Shown: in pieces, positions 53,567 through 64,000 of the stretch
Layout of the letters: the number at the start of each line of letters is the position of its first letter
How positions within the stretch are numbered: the stretch's first letter is position 1
Assembly (NCBI GenBank): GCA_963807605.1
Contig: CAWECG010000001.1
Location: 352,001 to 416,000, forward strand
Reading direction: 5' to 3'
Length of the DNA: 64,000 nucleotides
From: Candidatus Bathyarchaeota archaeon
GTDB lineage: Archaea > Thermoproteota > Bathyarchaeia > 40CM-2-53-6 > RBG-13-38-9
Position numbers and translations under genes: made by a program
Notes under the pieces: generated by a model
What the model was told of the DNA's origin: nothing
The model's database searches: none
What the model saw: only the letters and a program-made list of their open reading frames with translations

Positions 53567-53941
53567 CTATTTGGTTTTCTTCAGGTATTTTTTGACCTCA
53601 TCTAAGAGATCTTCGGGGGTAAACGGCTTAAGAAAGTAGCCGTCACATCCAGACTCCTCAGCGAGTCTCTGATCAACATCACGGCCGAGAACAGTGAACA
53701 TAACGAGCGGAATGGACCTCGTCTTGGCCTGCGACTTCAGAATCCTACAGACTTCTACTCCACTGATGCCAGGCAGGACCACATCGAGGAGAACTAGATC
53801 AGGTGTCTCCCTTTCCGCCTTTTGTAGGGCCTCTACTCCATTCTCGGCGGTAATGACATGATAACCTTTATTTTCAAGAATCATCTGGGTTAATTCGCGA
53901 ATTCCAGGTTCGTCGTCGACGACCAGAATTGTATCCACCAA
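53567..53941 (-). CDS. Stand-alone response regulator receiver
   Basis: ILVVDDE, LLD, KPF. Confidence 0.92.
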   Translation of the reverse strand: MVDTILVVDDEPGIRELTQMILENKGYHVITAENGVEALQKAERETPDLVLLDVVLPGISGVEVCRILKSQAKTRSIPLVMFTVLGRDVDQRLAEESGCDGYFLKPFTPEDLLDEVKKYLKKTK

Positions 53942-54337
53942 ACCTAACGCGCCTCTCTCTCCATTATTGTAGAAATGACGAGAGTGAAGGTTAACCCCTC
54001 TTCAGCAGTCTTGCCAAGCTTGCGCGTGACCTTAGATCGAAGCCTTCCTTACAAATAGCTTCGTCCAACCTAATAGACCTGCTTGATCCCAGATGCTCTA
54101 CAGATCCGATTACACATATGGCGCGTAAGATTGGATTCCTTTACCTGGGCGTGTGCCATAATTAGACTAGTTGCCCTGCGTGCATGTGAGCGATTGCCCT
54201 CATCAGCAGAGAATCCGCCAAAACCGTGGCCAAGCAAGGAATAGCATAGATAATTTGAGATTCGGGCTAGTGCAAACGCTACGTCGAATTATAGTGCGGC
54301 CCTACTATCCATTTTCTTGCACATCGGCCGGGGCCGG

Positions 54338-54799
54338 TCATCTCACTATTGTGACGGGACAGGAAGCGTGCCGCGCCACCTTGTCTGTGACGCTGCCGAA
54401 TAGAAACTGTTCTGCCCTTCCGAAGCCTGTACTTCCAATAACTATCAGGTCTGAACGAACCTTCCTCGCATACGAAATTATCTGTTCTGCGGGCTTACCA
54501 GAGACACAATAGGTTTTGAGACTTACACCCTTGACTTTACTTTTCTTACGTGCCTTCTCAAAAATATCTTTGACAGCCAATTCTTGGTATGTGTGTATAG
54601 CATCCCTAACGTGAACCCCACTGATCACGTCTTTCAGAGCCTCCTCCGTTTCTTCGACCGCACTTCTGTCTATTACATGCATTACCCACAGCTTCGCCCC
54701 ATAAGTTGCAGCCAAGTCCAAGGCAAAATCTAATGCTTTTTTCGATCGTTCTGACCCGTCCATTGGAACAAGAATTCTCTTCAACATACTACTGGACAC
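54338..54799 (-). CDS. Universal stress protein
   Basis: ILVPMDGS, GSVTDKVARHASCPV. Confidence 0.92.
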   Translation of the reverse strand: MSSSMLKRILVPMDGSERSKKALDFALDLAATYGAKLWVMHVIDRSAVEETEEALKDVISGVHVRDAIHTYQELAVKDIFEKARKKSKVKGVSLKTYCVSGKPAEQIISYARKVRSDLIVIGSTGFGRAEQFLFGSVTDKVARHASCPVTIVR

Positions 54800-55444
54800 T
54801 CCTCTTCAAGATGAAAGTTGATCCACTACGGTATTCTCTCTCATGATATTTGAGTCGTTTGTATAAGGTTAGAAATGCATTCATCGGTAGTCATGCTTCT
54901 TAGTGCACTAATGCAAATTGTGATAGCTCGTTTCGCTTCTCAACGATAGTAGTATGCCCTCTCCATGAGTGGATTCATGGGGGTTACGGAGGTTCTGACC
55001 TTCGATTCCATGGTGAGAGAGGCTTTATGAAGTCCCTGATTATTATTCATACATTCGTGCGCCGAAAAAATTCACTATCTGCCAAGAACTTGCTTGTAGG
55101 CCGAAATGCAATATGAGTGAATGTTGTGTAAAATGCCCTAAATGCGGCGAGAACAAACTCATCTTAGATCATCTGCATGGGTATTTTAAATGTAAGAATT
55201 GCGGGTACAAGGAAGTTCGGGAGAGAGGCTGAAGAGAGCTCATTCCGCGGTGTGACAGACCAGTTAAGCGTCTCAGAGACGGCCTGTATCTAAAACATAG
55301 ATAATGTTGTGTACATCGCACATGCAGGTCGGGCGACATACCGTTGCCAACATCTCGATGATAAGAAAGCTTAGTGCTCGCTGCACGTTTGCACGGAAAG
55401 TGAGCGCACGCCAGAAAATCAGAGCGCGCGCGTATTCTCTATTT

Positions 55445-56173
55445 TTAAGGCCCACCTGTGAAATATGCTGTCACAGTGTGATCATAGTTCATCACAAGTG
55501 TAACTGAGGCAGAGGGCGTGTAGTTAACACCGTCAATAGTCCAGTAGCTTAACGCATAGCCGCCATAGGGGTAGGCGGTTACTGTCACAACTGATCCAGC
55601 AGAATACGAGTAAGTCCCAATTGATGGAGAGGTAACACCCTGTCCGCTATTGTATATCGTAAGCTGAGCCGTTACCATTACGCCGCTGTTATAGAAGTTC
55701 CAATTGTAATTGTTCCAATTGTAATTGTTCCAATTGTAATGGTGATGAGTAATAATACCGCCATGTCTGTCATTACGTCCATTATGATTGCCTCCATTGG
55801 CCCCCCCGATAGTGAAACTGTGGGTAGCCCCGGCAACTGTTGCTTGGGCCTGCGTAGGAGTCGTTATCACGTTCCAAGACTTGGTCCCGCTCAAAGACTT
55901 GGTTCCGCTCCAATGTCTGGGGCCGGAGGAGTTTCCATGCGTGGAATAGGCCGTGTTAAGGATTCTGCCCTCGTTTGTGCTCGTTTTATCTGGCGCCGCA
56001 TTTGCTGTCGCTGTAAGTGTGACGCTCGTCGCTAGCGCCGAACCTATAACTACTACGATCATCACTGCTACCGTAAGTGGGTCGATCTTACTTTTTGCTC
56101 TCATTTTTCCCACCATACTGTAATGAAGATGGATATCTAGGTATGTAGGTTGTGGAACTTTGTTAGTGAACAA
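55445..56173 (-). CDS. Secreted protein with InlB B-repeat-like domain, copy 2
   Basis: Paralogue of 23229-23879; three 15-bp YNWNN repeats. Confidence 0.7.
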   Translation of the reverse strand: MFTNKVPQPTYLDIHLHYSMVGKMRAKSKIDPLTVAVMIVVVIGSALATSVTLTATANAAPDKTSTNEGRILNTAYSTHGNSSGPRHWSGTKSLSGTKSWNVITTPTQAQATVAGATHSFTIGGANGGNHNGRNDRHGGIITHHHYNWNNYNWNNYNWNFYNSGVMVTAQLTIYNSGQGVTSPSIGTYSYSAGSVVTVTAYPYGGYALSYWTIDGVNYTPSASVTLVMNYDHTVTAYFTGGP

Positions 56174-56485
56174 TGTTAACTTACTAGTTATGTAAGAGTG
56201 TGCGCGTCCACAAAGAACCGGCGTCTCCCAGACTTCTTATGGGTCTTTCCGGTGTCCTTTCGATCTTCTTGATTTTGTGTGTCCGCAAGTCTTGAATTTG
56301 GAACTCGGAAATAAGTGCACTTCGAGACGGGTGATGCTTTTGGCCTTTATTGGGCCTTGGGAGATGTTGCTTCTTGCCTTTATTGTTGTACCGGCTGCAA
56401 TAGTCAGTTTTCACTCACAAGAACACAAGGTTCCCAATAGAGGAGTATGGATTTTCATAACACTCGTAACGTCTGCTTGGCCTAA

Positions 56486-56596
56486 GCGCGCGCTAGCCTC
56501 CAGATTTGAACCGTTAGAGGAGAGTGTGTGTGCTCACCAGCTAATGCACATACACATGCCCCTTGGTGAGCGACGACGACGTTCACCAAGGGATAC
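56486..56596. repeat. Cluster: (GC)4 run, truncated tRNA-like site and three CACCA cores in alternating orientation
   Basis: Cores near 56533(+), 56564(-), 56583(+). Confidence 0.88.
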
Positions 56597-56657
56597 TTCT
56601 TTTTCTTGCTCAGCATCTATTCACATGGATAAAAGATTCGCTAAATGGAGAACATAA

Positions 56658-57011
56658 ATGAACAACTTTCCAAATTTCATGAAAAACCCGAAGAATGCCA
56701 TAGATCCATCTTCGCAAAGCAAAGGGGTGAAAGGTTACATTTACGATGGAGCTGACGGTGGCCAAATGACCTTTTGGGAATGTCATATTGATGGCAAATC
56801 TCATGAGCATGTCCACAATTTTGATGAGTACTTTGTGATTGTGCAGGGGCAATATACGCTGATACTAAATAGTCAGAAAATCCTATTGAAAACTGGTGAC
56901 GAATACTTCATACCGATGGGAATAAAACATGCCGGTGAATTCACATCTGGAACCAAAACAATACATGCTTTTGGTGGAAGGCGTGCAGAAAGAGCGGCGA
57001 CGGACAGATAA
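56658..57011 (+). CDS. Cupin domain protein
   Basis: HEHVHNFDEY..G, IP.GIKH. Confidence 0.88.
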   Translation: MNNFPNFMKNPKNAIDPSSQSKGVKGYIYDGADGGQMTFWECHIDGKSHEHVHNFDEYFVIVQGQYTLILNSQKILLKTGDEYFIPMGIKHAGEFTSGTKTIHAFGGRRAERAATDR

Positions 57012-57129
57012 CCTCGTGACTACCCGATGCTATCCAGCATAAAGCGTGCGCTGCCCATAATTATGGCTCGCTTAGCGAGCAGAGAAAAAAGAAAAGCGCC
57101 GGTGTATCTGTCTTTTGATCCAGGGCATG

Positions 57130-57528
57130 TTACTTCTTATAGAGTGTTGAGAGCACGTATCCATATGGGATCCACATGAAGAATCCTCCGTAGATGAGCC
57201 CAACCGCTATATTGGTTGCGTTGGTTGCCATGCCAACGAGGACGACGTAGGAACCGGCTGCGATGTCTTTGACGAGCCAGATCATCAGGCCGAAGTAGAG
57301 GCCTTTCATGACGCCTTTCCCAGGAATCCCATCATAGAACCTTTGGTAGAACATGCTGAATATTGCGCCCCAGATTATTGTGAGGACGATCATCACTAGA
57401 ACAAAAGTTGAGGTCGAACCTGGAGCGGCTGTCATGAGCCCTGATGAAACGCCTATGAACGCAAAAATGCTTCCCACTATGCCACCGACAAGTCCTGCAA
57501 TAGCACCCGCCGCAATAACGCTTTTCAA
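57130..57528 (-). CDS. Four-TM membrane protein
   Basis: Hydrophobic segments; GAGGTGA SD before TTG. Confidence 0.7.
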   Translation of the reverse strand: MKSVIAAGAIAGLVGGIVGSIFAFIGVSSGLMTAAPGSTSTFVLVMIVLTIIWGAIFSMFYQRFYDGIPGKGVMKGLYFGLMIWLVKDIAAGSYVVLVGMATNATNIAVGLIYGGFFMWIPYGYVLSTLYKK

Positions 57529-57639
57529 ATACTCACCTCCTATCTCGTGGATCGGTAAAAAAAGTCTTTAGATCAAGTCCGTGTCAAATAGATTTAACAC
57601 TTGTCAAAAGCGGTTCTGTAGAGTCTTCATCGTCGTTCA

Positions 57640-57710
57640 TGTCCCTTGGTGAGCACACACAAAACCCACTCTAACGGTTCAAATTTGGGTGCTCTCACGA
57701 GCTAGGACAA
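57640..57710. repeat. Divergent pair of sites (core 57647-57653 on -, tRNA-like 57676-57700 on +)
   Basis: Read directly from sequence. Confidence 0.88.
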
Positions 57711-57773
57711 ATCATAACTACTAGCAAGAAATGTTTGAAATAGTGGGCCGGTAAGGCCTGAGCTCCGAGGTGG

Positions 57774-58575
57774 TTGTTTTCAATGCCGAAAGTGGGGGTG
57801 AATGATATTCAGATTTACTATGAAGTGCATGGTGAAGGCTTTCCATTAATAATGATTCACGGGTTAGGTGCAAACACAGACTGGTGGGAGCGCTGGGTTA
57901 CAGAACTCTCCAAGAAATTCATGACAGTAATCTTCGACAACAGGGGGGCTGGACGCACCGACGTATCTGACAGAAGATACACCATCAGACTGTTTGCTGA
58001 TGACACAGCGGGTTTGATGGATAACTTGGGAATTTCTAGGGCTCACGTGCTTGGACTTTCAATGGGTGGAATGATAGCACAAGAGCTGGTGCTCAACTAC
58101 CCCCAGAAAGTCGAAAAGCTCGTCCTCTGCTCCACCAACTGTGGAGGTAGAAAGAGGGTTCCACCATCTAAGGATGTGATGGGAAGGCTCATGGCTGACA
58201 GAAGCACTTTGTCTGAGAAAGAAAAAGCCAAAATGGATTCCAACGAAAGTCTAACCGAAGATTTCGCCAAAAAGAACCCTGACTTAGTAGAGCGCATGGT
58301 AGCAACAGATCCTTAAGGCTCCAATTTCAGACGAAGCCTACAAGCGACAACTGAATGCAATAATGGAATTCGACACCTATGATAGGCTACCTCAGATTAA
58401 GGCCCCCACTCTGATATTAGCAGGTAAACAGGATATCCTCATGCCTCCTGGGAACGGTTCAATCTTGGCTGAAGCCATACCCAATGCTAAGCTTGTCTAT
58501 CTTGAAAAGTCAGCCCACGGTCTTCAAGAAGAAATGGATGAAGTAATCAACTCTGTAACAGGTTTCCTTGGCTAA
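57774..58575 (+). pseudogene. Alpha/beta hydrolase, frameshift near 58300
   Basis: HGLG, DNRGAGRT, GLSMGG; next frame PTLILAG.QD..AHG. Confidence 0.82.
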
Positions 58576-58692
58576 CCTTTGCACTATCGCACATATGATA
58601 TGGAACTCTGATGTAAACCAAGCATTAAGTCTCGCCAGTTACCGCCTGAACTCTTTTTGCCATAAGAGTTGATTGAACTCTTGAAAAGGTTA

Positions 58693-58738
58693 GCGCGCGT
58701 TTTTTTTGTGTGTGCTCACCAGCTGGGTCACACACACA
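58693..58738 (+). repeat. (GC)n run plus CTCACCA site
   Basis: GTGTGTGCTCACCAGCTGGGTCACACACAC. Confidence 0.85.
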
Positions 58739-58855
58739 AGCAAGGACGGATTCCAGGTTGACCGGCTAATTCTCAGGGATCCCTCCCTTCACTTGTCAAG
58801 TTATGAAAGCCCATATATTGTCAACCCGTTATAATTATGAGTTGGCGGAAAGAAA

Positions 58856-59149
58856 ATGCCTCACTACATTGTCTTGGTGAAACTAACTGAGAAGGGAAGA
58901 CAAAACTTCAAGCAGGGATGGATGAAGGACAGGCCGCAAGTAAAAGCGCAGGTTCAGAAGATGGGTGGAAAAATGACAGGATACATGACGTTCGGTCAAT
59001 ACGACAGTGTGGAGCTTCTAGAACTACCGGACGACAAAGCTGCTGCGCGATTCGCAATGATGGCCGGAGCAACTGGCCTGATAAGAACCGTGACTCTCAA
59101 AGCCTTCTCAGAAGACGAAGTTGACAAGATGGTCCAGGAAATTCTTTAG
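58856..59149 (+). CDS. GYD domain protein
   Basis: MP.YIVL.KLT..G, TFGQYD, TLKAF. Confidence 0.85.
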   Translation: MPHYIVLVKLTEKGRQNFKQGWMKDRPQVKAQVQKMGGKMTGYMTFGQYDSVELLELPDDKAAARFAMMAGATGLIRTVTLKAFSEDEVDKMVQEIL

Positions 59150-59199
59150 ATTCCTGACCATCTCGTTTCCTTTTTTTATCGCCTCAGCCGTCTGGCTTT

Positions 59200-59318
59200 T
59201 GTGTGTGTGCCCTAGCTGGTGAGAGCACCGTAATTTGAACCGGCAGATTCTTTGTGTGTGTGCTCACCAAGGGACAGGGGATATGGATAACTGGGTGGTT
59301 TTGGTTTCCACGTAGATG
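59200..59318. repeat. Divergent pair of sites (tRNA-like 59217-59241 on -, core 59263-59269 on +) plus extension
   Basis: Read directly from sequence. Confidence 0.9.
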
Positions 59319-59420
59319 TTAGATAAGGCTAGGTGGGATTGTCTAGCCGATTTTGTTCTTCAGGGTTTTCTGTTGATGTTCAGTTTTAACTTATATTAGC
59401 TTTCTTTTCAAGATATGTTG

Positions 59421-59996
59421 TTAATAGCTATTAATTTTTTGACTTATTAGTGAACTTATTAGTTTGGCAGTGTCGCTTTCTATTCTTTCTAGATCCGCGT
59501 CGTTAGGTCGGCCTCTTATGTCTCCCAGTCTGCCTTTTGTACTGAACTCTTCAGATCCATGAAATTCACCTATGACATACCATTCTGCTTTTACGTTGAA
59601 TCCGATATGTTCAAAGACTTGGCGCATGATTTTGCCGGCGGGGGTAGCTTCATCTATTCCAGTATGAACGCCTGAGTAAGTACAGAATATGATCGCATTT
59701 TTGCCCGGAACCTTGGGAGCGGACAGCTTAACGTATCCCTTACTCCGATAATGCATCAACTTTCGCTTGAGGAAATCCATCATAGGAGGAGCCGGCAACC
59801 TTTCATACGGAGGTGCACCGATACAGACTAGGTCATAATTGAAAAAGTCTTCTTGTTCCGCTTCATCAACCTTCTCAACAATGGGTGTTACTCCCGTCTT
59901 TCTCATACCCTTCGATATAGCTTCCTTAACCTTCTCCGTGTTTCCAGTTTTCGACCAATAAATAATCAAAGCTTTGAATTGTTCTATTTCTTTCAT
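59421..59996 (-). CDS. Flavodoxin-like protein
   Basis: YWSKTGNTEKV, IGAP, FCTYSG. Confidence 0.85.
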   Translation of the reverse strand: MKEIEQFKALIIYWSKTGNTEKVKEAISKGMRKTGVTPIVEKVDEAEQEDFFNYDLVCIGAPPYERLPAPPMMDFLKRKLMHYRSKGYVKLSAPKVPGKNAIIFCTYSGVHTGIDEATPAGKIMRQVFEHIGFNVKAEWYVIGEFHGSEEFSTKGRLGDIRGRPNDADLERIESDTAKLISSLISQKINSY

Positions 59997-60185
59997 GATT
60001 ATCGTCGCTAATGTCTTTACTCCTTCTATTTATAGAATAGGGCATTCAAATCAATTCTGACTTATAACAAGTCACATCATCGATCTGACGAATTCATAAG
60101 GTGTGTATTACTGTTATTGTTTTCCATCTCATGCCTTGCTTACTTTTCTGAAGGCAACTATGTCTTGGCTTCTTGAAGAGCGCGC

Positions 60186-60319
60186 TAGAGCCTGCCACAC
60201 TTACCAGTGAAGTATTTGGACTACCAACGAACAAGCTTGAGATCTTAACACCCTACCTAACATTAGCAGGACTAGTCGCTGCAGTATCCGCAGTAGTGGT
60301 TAGGAGAAGAAGAGCCTAA
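60186..60319 (+). pseudogene. Orphan C-terminal sorting/anchor tail
   Basis: PTNKLEILTPYLTLAGLVAAVSAVVVRRRRA*, beginning after GCGCGC 60180-60185. Confidence 0.6.
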
Positions 60320-60378
60320 CCAAATATTCCTCCTCTTTTTTCGTAAATTCCTAGGATAGTTTCTTTTTCGTCGTATAG

Positions 60379-60510
60379 GCGAGCGTAGCGAGCCAGTTGT
60401 TTTTTTGTGTGTGCCGTAGTTGGTGAGAGCACCCTAATTTGAACCATTAGGTTTTAGTTTTTTTGTGTGTGTGCATTAGCTGGTGAGCGACGACGACACG
60501 ACGACGCGAC
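60379..60510 (-). repeat. S-module plus two tandem sites (tRNA-like 60421-60445, core 60481-60487)
   Basis: Period 60 bp; same layout as 19732-19870. Confidence 0.9.
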
Positions 60511-60567
60511 ATTTTTGCAAGCTACTAGCGCGATGACTGTCGCTGTCACAAACAGACTTGGAATTGT

Positions 60568-61401
60568 TCATATTGGGAATTCCGGAATTGAAATCTTCGG
60601 GGTGAGTTTACCCCCGTTAGCCAATGAATATGTCAACCCGCCTAGTGCGCTGTTTGCATCGAGGCTTGCGTCGTAGTAGACTGTATGTCCGTTGCCGTAA
60701 ATGTTGGTTATCGTGGTTCCTGAAATCCCGCCTGTATCGGTTAGACCTATCAGAACTGAGTCAGCCGTCACATTCCAAGTGCTGGTTAAATCAAGGGTCA
60801 GTGCTGCCGAGTTGATGTAACCCGTTAAAGCCGTATTATTCTTCAGCGTGGCCATGATTGAGCTTATGCTATCAGTGATTAGATTGCCAGTTAGCGTTTC
60901 ACCATTCGCCGTGAAGGTTACGGTGCCAGCGTTCGATCCATTTTGACCCCAGTTGCCAGCACCCGCAGACAGAAGAATGCCCGAATTCGTGCTGACTTGA
61001 ACGCCCCCTTTCAACATAATCACCGCTTTCGTGTTTGTGACGTAAAAGGCAGGACCAACAGTCGCCGTGAGCGAGCCTCCAGTCATCGTGAATGTTCCAG
61101 TACCTAAAGAAGAATCTCCCGACATGCTTTGGTAAATCATTACACCCCATTTTTTCGAGCCCGACAGAACCGTATTCGTTAAAGTTATCGAGTTCAACCC
61201 TTCAATCACGCCTGCCTCAGCTCCAGTAGCTGTTATCGTTGCGCCCACAATCGTAATGGCGCCAGTCGAATAAATGCCGGGAGAGTCGGTTCCGGAGGTA
61301 ATTATTGTGCCACCCGTGGCAGTTATTGTGCCGCCGCCGCGGTTGGTTGCGATGGCGGCACCATTTGCTCCTGCAGTTGTGATGTTCACTTTAGAGTACA
61401 C
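60568..61401 (-). pseudogene. C-terminal fragment of a Gly/Thr-rich beta-helical surface protein with PEF-type tail
   Basis: Beta-helix-like repeats, YQSMSGD, IPEFP then TGA before the TM segment. Confidence 0.65.
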
Positions 61402-61527
61402 AAGATTTTCGTGTAGTTCTATAGTGCATTAGCACTCGTTTTACCGTACATTCAAGTACACTTTTGTACATATCATAGTTTCATAACGCTAAAAAAGGTG
61501 AATAAAGGTTTCTAGAGGAGTATAGAA

Positions 61528-61716
61528 TCAACTTCCACTTACACCCTTCATTATCCAGCCTATTCCGCTAAACAAGATGCCTATTGAGAGAAGAATTACA
61601 AGAATCTCAATACCTAATCTTGGGAATAGGAGAACGGCAAGAGCAACAAATAAAGTAATCAATCCGAATATTACTTCAAGAGCTCGTTTCCATGCGGCAA
61701 TCATTTTTCTTTTCAC
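61528..61716 (-). CDS. Small DUF308/HdeD-like membrane protein
   Basis: Two TM helices, WKRALEVIFG. Confidence 0.5.
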   Translation of the reverse strand: MKRKMIAAWKRALEVIFGLITLFVALAVLLFPRLGIEILVILLSIGILFSGIGWIMKGVSGS

Positions 61717-62439
61717 CTCGGTATAATACGTTTACCTCTTTATTGTTCGTCTTTTGCATAAAAGACTTAGCACTTTCGTAGTATTGCAAGAGCCTTTTTA
61801 TTACGTCATCGTATTTTTACGCTTTTACGGCTTCTAACTCATCTCTTAGACCTATTGCCTTTGCCAGTAGCAGCTCTAGACTTTGTCGCCTTGCCAAGTG
61901 TTAAATTCAGAACTTGGACAAAATGATCTCAACGAGGATTACCTTGCGTCTTAAGGTATCTCTTGTTCTTACTGTTACTGTATTGATATTTACATCTCTC
62001 TTGTCCAACGTATATGCTGCGAGTACTTTGCAGATCACGGTCAACGAGTCTGGACAAGGAAATACGGTACTCACCTATACCGGTGGGGATTTCGATATTC
62101 CGTATGACAGCTATCAGACAGTAGGAGATTCACTCTTCAAAGCAGCTATTGTTTACGCAGCATCACAGCTTGGTTTCTCGGTGCTATTTTCAAGCATAAT
62201 GATAGACATCAGTCAGTCAACGAAGACCATGACGATCACCGCCACAATCACCAACATCGCTCAGCAGATCGATGCTACGACTTGGCGAATTAATGCAACC
62301 CTAGCTAAAACCGTCTATACTTCATGGAATCAATCAGGCACCACTTTCACTTTCACAGCACCAACAAAGCCTCAGTTACCGTTCCCTCAGACATTCAACT
62401 TACAATTGCCTTCAAACGCAGTAAATATCCAATTCAATC

Positions 62440-63518
62440 TGCTGTGTTGCATGACTAGACATTTTTGTTTATGGATGTAGGTTTGAGTTTTCGGTTTATT
62501 GACGTGGAAGTGGTTGGATGATCTATATTGCCTGTGAGAGAACTATTCCACGATTGTGATTGGCTGCTAGAGATTGGAGACGCATCAATGAGGGTCTCGT
62601 GAAGCGTGGGGAGATCCTGCTTGACCCACGCATCCTTGACAGGTGGAACATTGAGCTTGAAAAGATGAATACTGGGAAGGAAGGTGGACAATACGTCTAC
62701 CCTGAGATCTTCATCAGGCTTCTAGGCTACATGCACCTGCTATTCCACCTACCCTACAGGCAGACAGAAGGATTCCTCAAAGCCCTGAGAAGATTCGACT
62801 CAAGGATCCATGTGCCTGACTATTCAACCATAGATAGACGCGTGAACAGGTTAGATGTGAAGCTGGATGAGAAAGATTATGGCGACGACATAGTCCTGGC
62901 GGTGGACGCATCAGGCATCAAGGTGGCTAACCGCGGCGAATGGATACGCCATAAATGGAAGGTGAGACGCGGATACCTCAAGATCCATATCGCCGTTGAT
63001 GTAAAGCGGAAGAAGATACTCGCCTTGAAGGTGACGGATGAGAAGACAGGTGACGGAGGGATGCTCCAGCCGCTTGTTGATGAAGCCTCCAAGAAAGGTA
63101 AGGTCGCCAAGGCAATTGGCGACGGAGCATACGATATGAAAAGCAACTTCCGCTATCTCAACGCAAAAGGGATTGAGCCAGCCATCAAGGTGCGCAAGAA
63201 CACATCCAGCAGGGCCGGAGGATGCATGCCCAGAAAGCTCGTAGCCCAAGAATACCTCAAAGACCCTGAAGCCTGGAAACACAATCATGGCTACGGGTAT
63301 AGATGGATGGCTGAATCAGCCTTCTCATCGCTGAAGCGAACCTTCGGAGAATACGTCTCAGCCAAAACGATGCAAAACATGGCACAGGAGATGATGATCA
63401 AAGCCTCACTATACAACATGCTGATAGAAACAACCACAGCAACACACGGCTAGACGAAACCTGAAGACAGCCAACAAAAGCGAAAAACATCACTGAAACC
63501 TAGTCGCGCAACACAGCA
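62440..63518 (+). mobile_element. IS5-family (IS903-like) insertion sequence
   Basis: TIR TGCTGTGTTGC..GACTAG; target duplication (A)ATTCAATC, 8-9 bp. Confidence 0.92.
62560..63453 (+). CDS. IS5-family transposase
   Basis: VPDYSTI.RR, VDASG, KIHIAVD, GDGAYD, YGYRWMAESAFS. Confidence 0.93.
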   Translation: MAARDWRRINEGLVKRGEILLDPRILDRWNIELEKMNTGKEGGQYVYPEIFIRLLGYMHLLFHLPYRQTEGFLKALRRFDSRIHVPDYSTIDRRVNRLDVKLDEKDYGDDIVLAVDASGIKVANRGEWIRHKWKVRRGYLKIHIAVDVKRKKILALKVTDEKTGDGGMLQPLVDEASKKGKVAKAIGDGAYDMKSNFRYLNAKGIEPAIKVRKNTSSRAGGCMPRKLVAQEYLKDPEAWKHNHGYGYRWMAESAFSSLKRTFGEYVSAKTMQNMAQEMMIKASLYNMLIETTTATHG

Positions 63519-64000
63519 ATTCAATCCAGACACTTACATACTTACATATCAACTATCGACACCAACTCCAACACCTACTCCTGCGCCCCGTTCAGGCTGT
63601 GTAATAGCTACGGCCACCTTCGGAAGTCCAATGGCTCCCGAAGTTGTTTACATGCGAAATGTCCGAGACAACATGATCGGTTCAAATGAAGTCGGAAAGG
63701 CAATCGTAATAGGATGGAATAGCTTCTATTACAGTTGGTCCCCGCAAGTTGCACAATTTATTGATACTTACGGTACAACAAAGCCAATCTTCAGAGTTCT
63801 TCTTTTGCCTTTAGTTGGAACAGTTCACTTGACCGCAGTAATCTATGACACAATTTCAATAGTCAATACGTCTCTCGCATCCATAGTTGCCTTTTTGATT
63901 GCAGCACTGTCCTCAATTTCTATCTACATAGTCTGTCCACTGATAACAATCAGACTTATTTACAGGAAGGCAGTTTTGTTTTGCGAAATATCTACGTGAA

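Larger units (their letters stand above)
61914..63999 (+). pseudogene. Surface protein with CFI-box-CTERM domain, interrupted by an IS
   Basis: Removing the IS restores ..NIQFNPDTYILTYQLSTPTPTP..GCVIATATFGSPMAPEV. Confidence 0.82.

Noticed and set aside
62440-63518. This IS5 element as the source of the GC runs
   Set aside because: Its target duplication is AT-rich (ATTCAATC); it is an ordinary insertion.

Overview
Archaeal accessory region. Bathyarchaeia-like origin is an inference from the CFI-box-CTERM, PEF-type and zinc-ribbon C-terminal tails, a DUF5752-like protein and GGAGGTGA-type Shine-Dalgarno (SD) sites. No rRNA, intact tRNA, CRISPR array or recombinase gene is visible. The window is a mosaic of single genes and gene fragments: defence genes (two Dam-family MTases, a DUF6996/6997-type REase, HEPN-like and PD-(D/E)XK-like ORFs), queT-queC, redox and detox enzymes, a nitrogen locus (P-II, APC permease, P-type ATPase, Amt, GlnK), a Rieske-Grx-FTR-Rieske operon, two 1126-bp IS5/IS1182-like copies with identical transposases, and one IS5 (IS903-like) insertion. 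The most striking content is non-coding. (1) About 35 dispersed modular sites share a CTCACCA core. About 15 of them mimic a tRNA 3' end at exact spacing (GGTTCAA-N13-CACCA). Left and right arms occur in all four combinations, and the sites lie between genes or exactly at truncation points. (2) About 19 perfect (GC)n runs of 8 bp or more, plus degenerate ones, mark many gene-fusion and truncation junctions. One replaces 62 bp inside a duplicated gene and matches the joined flanks of an IS copy. (3) Several arrays of 10-bp-phased repeats surround A/T centres. Together these suggest an undescribed cassette capture or shuffling system whose enzyme lies outside the window. A pseudoknot/anti-SD leader upstream of queT is a candidate archaeal preQ0/preQ1 riboswitch. 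All counts are by eye; no searches were run.
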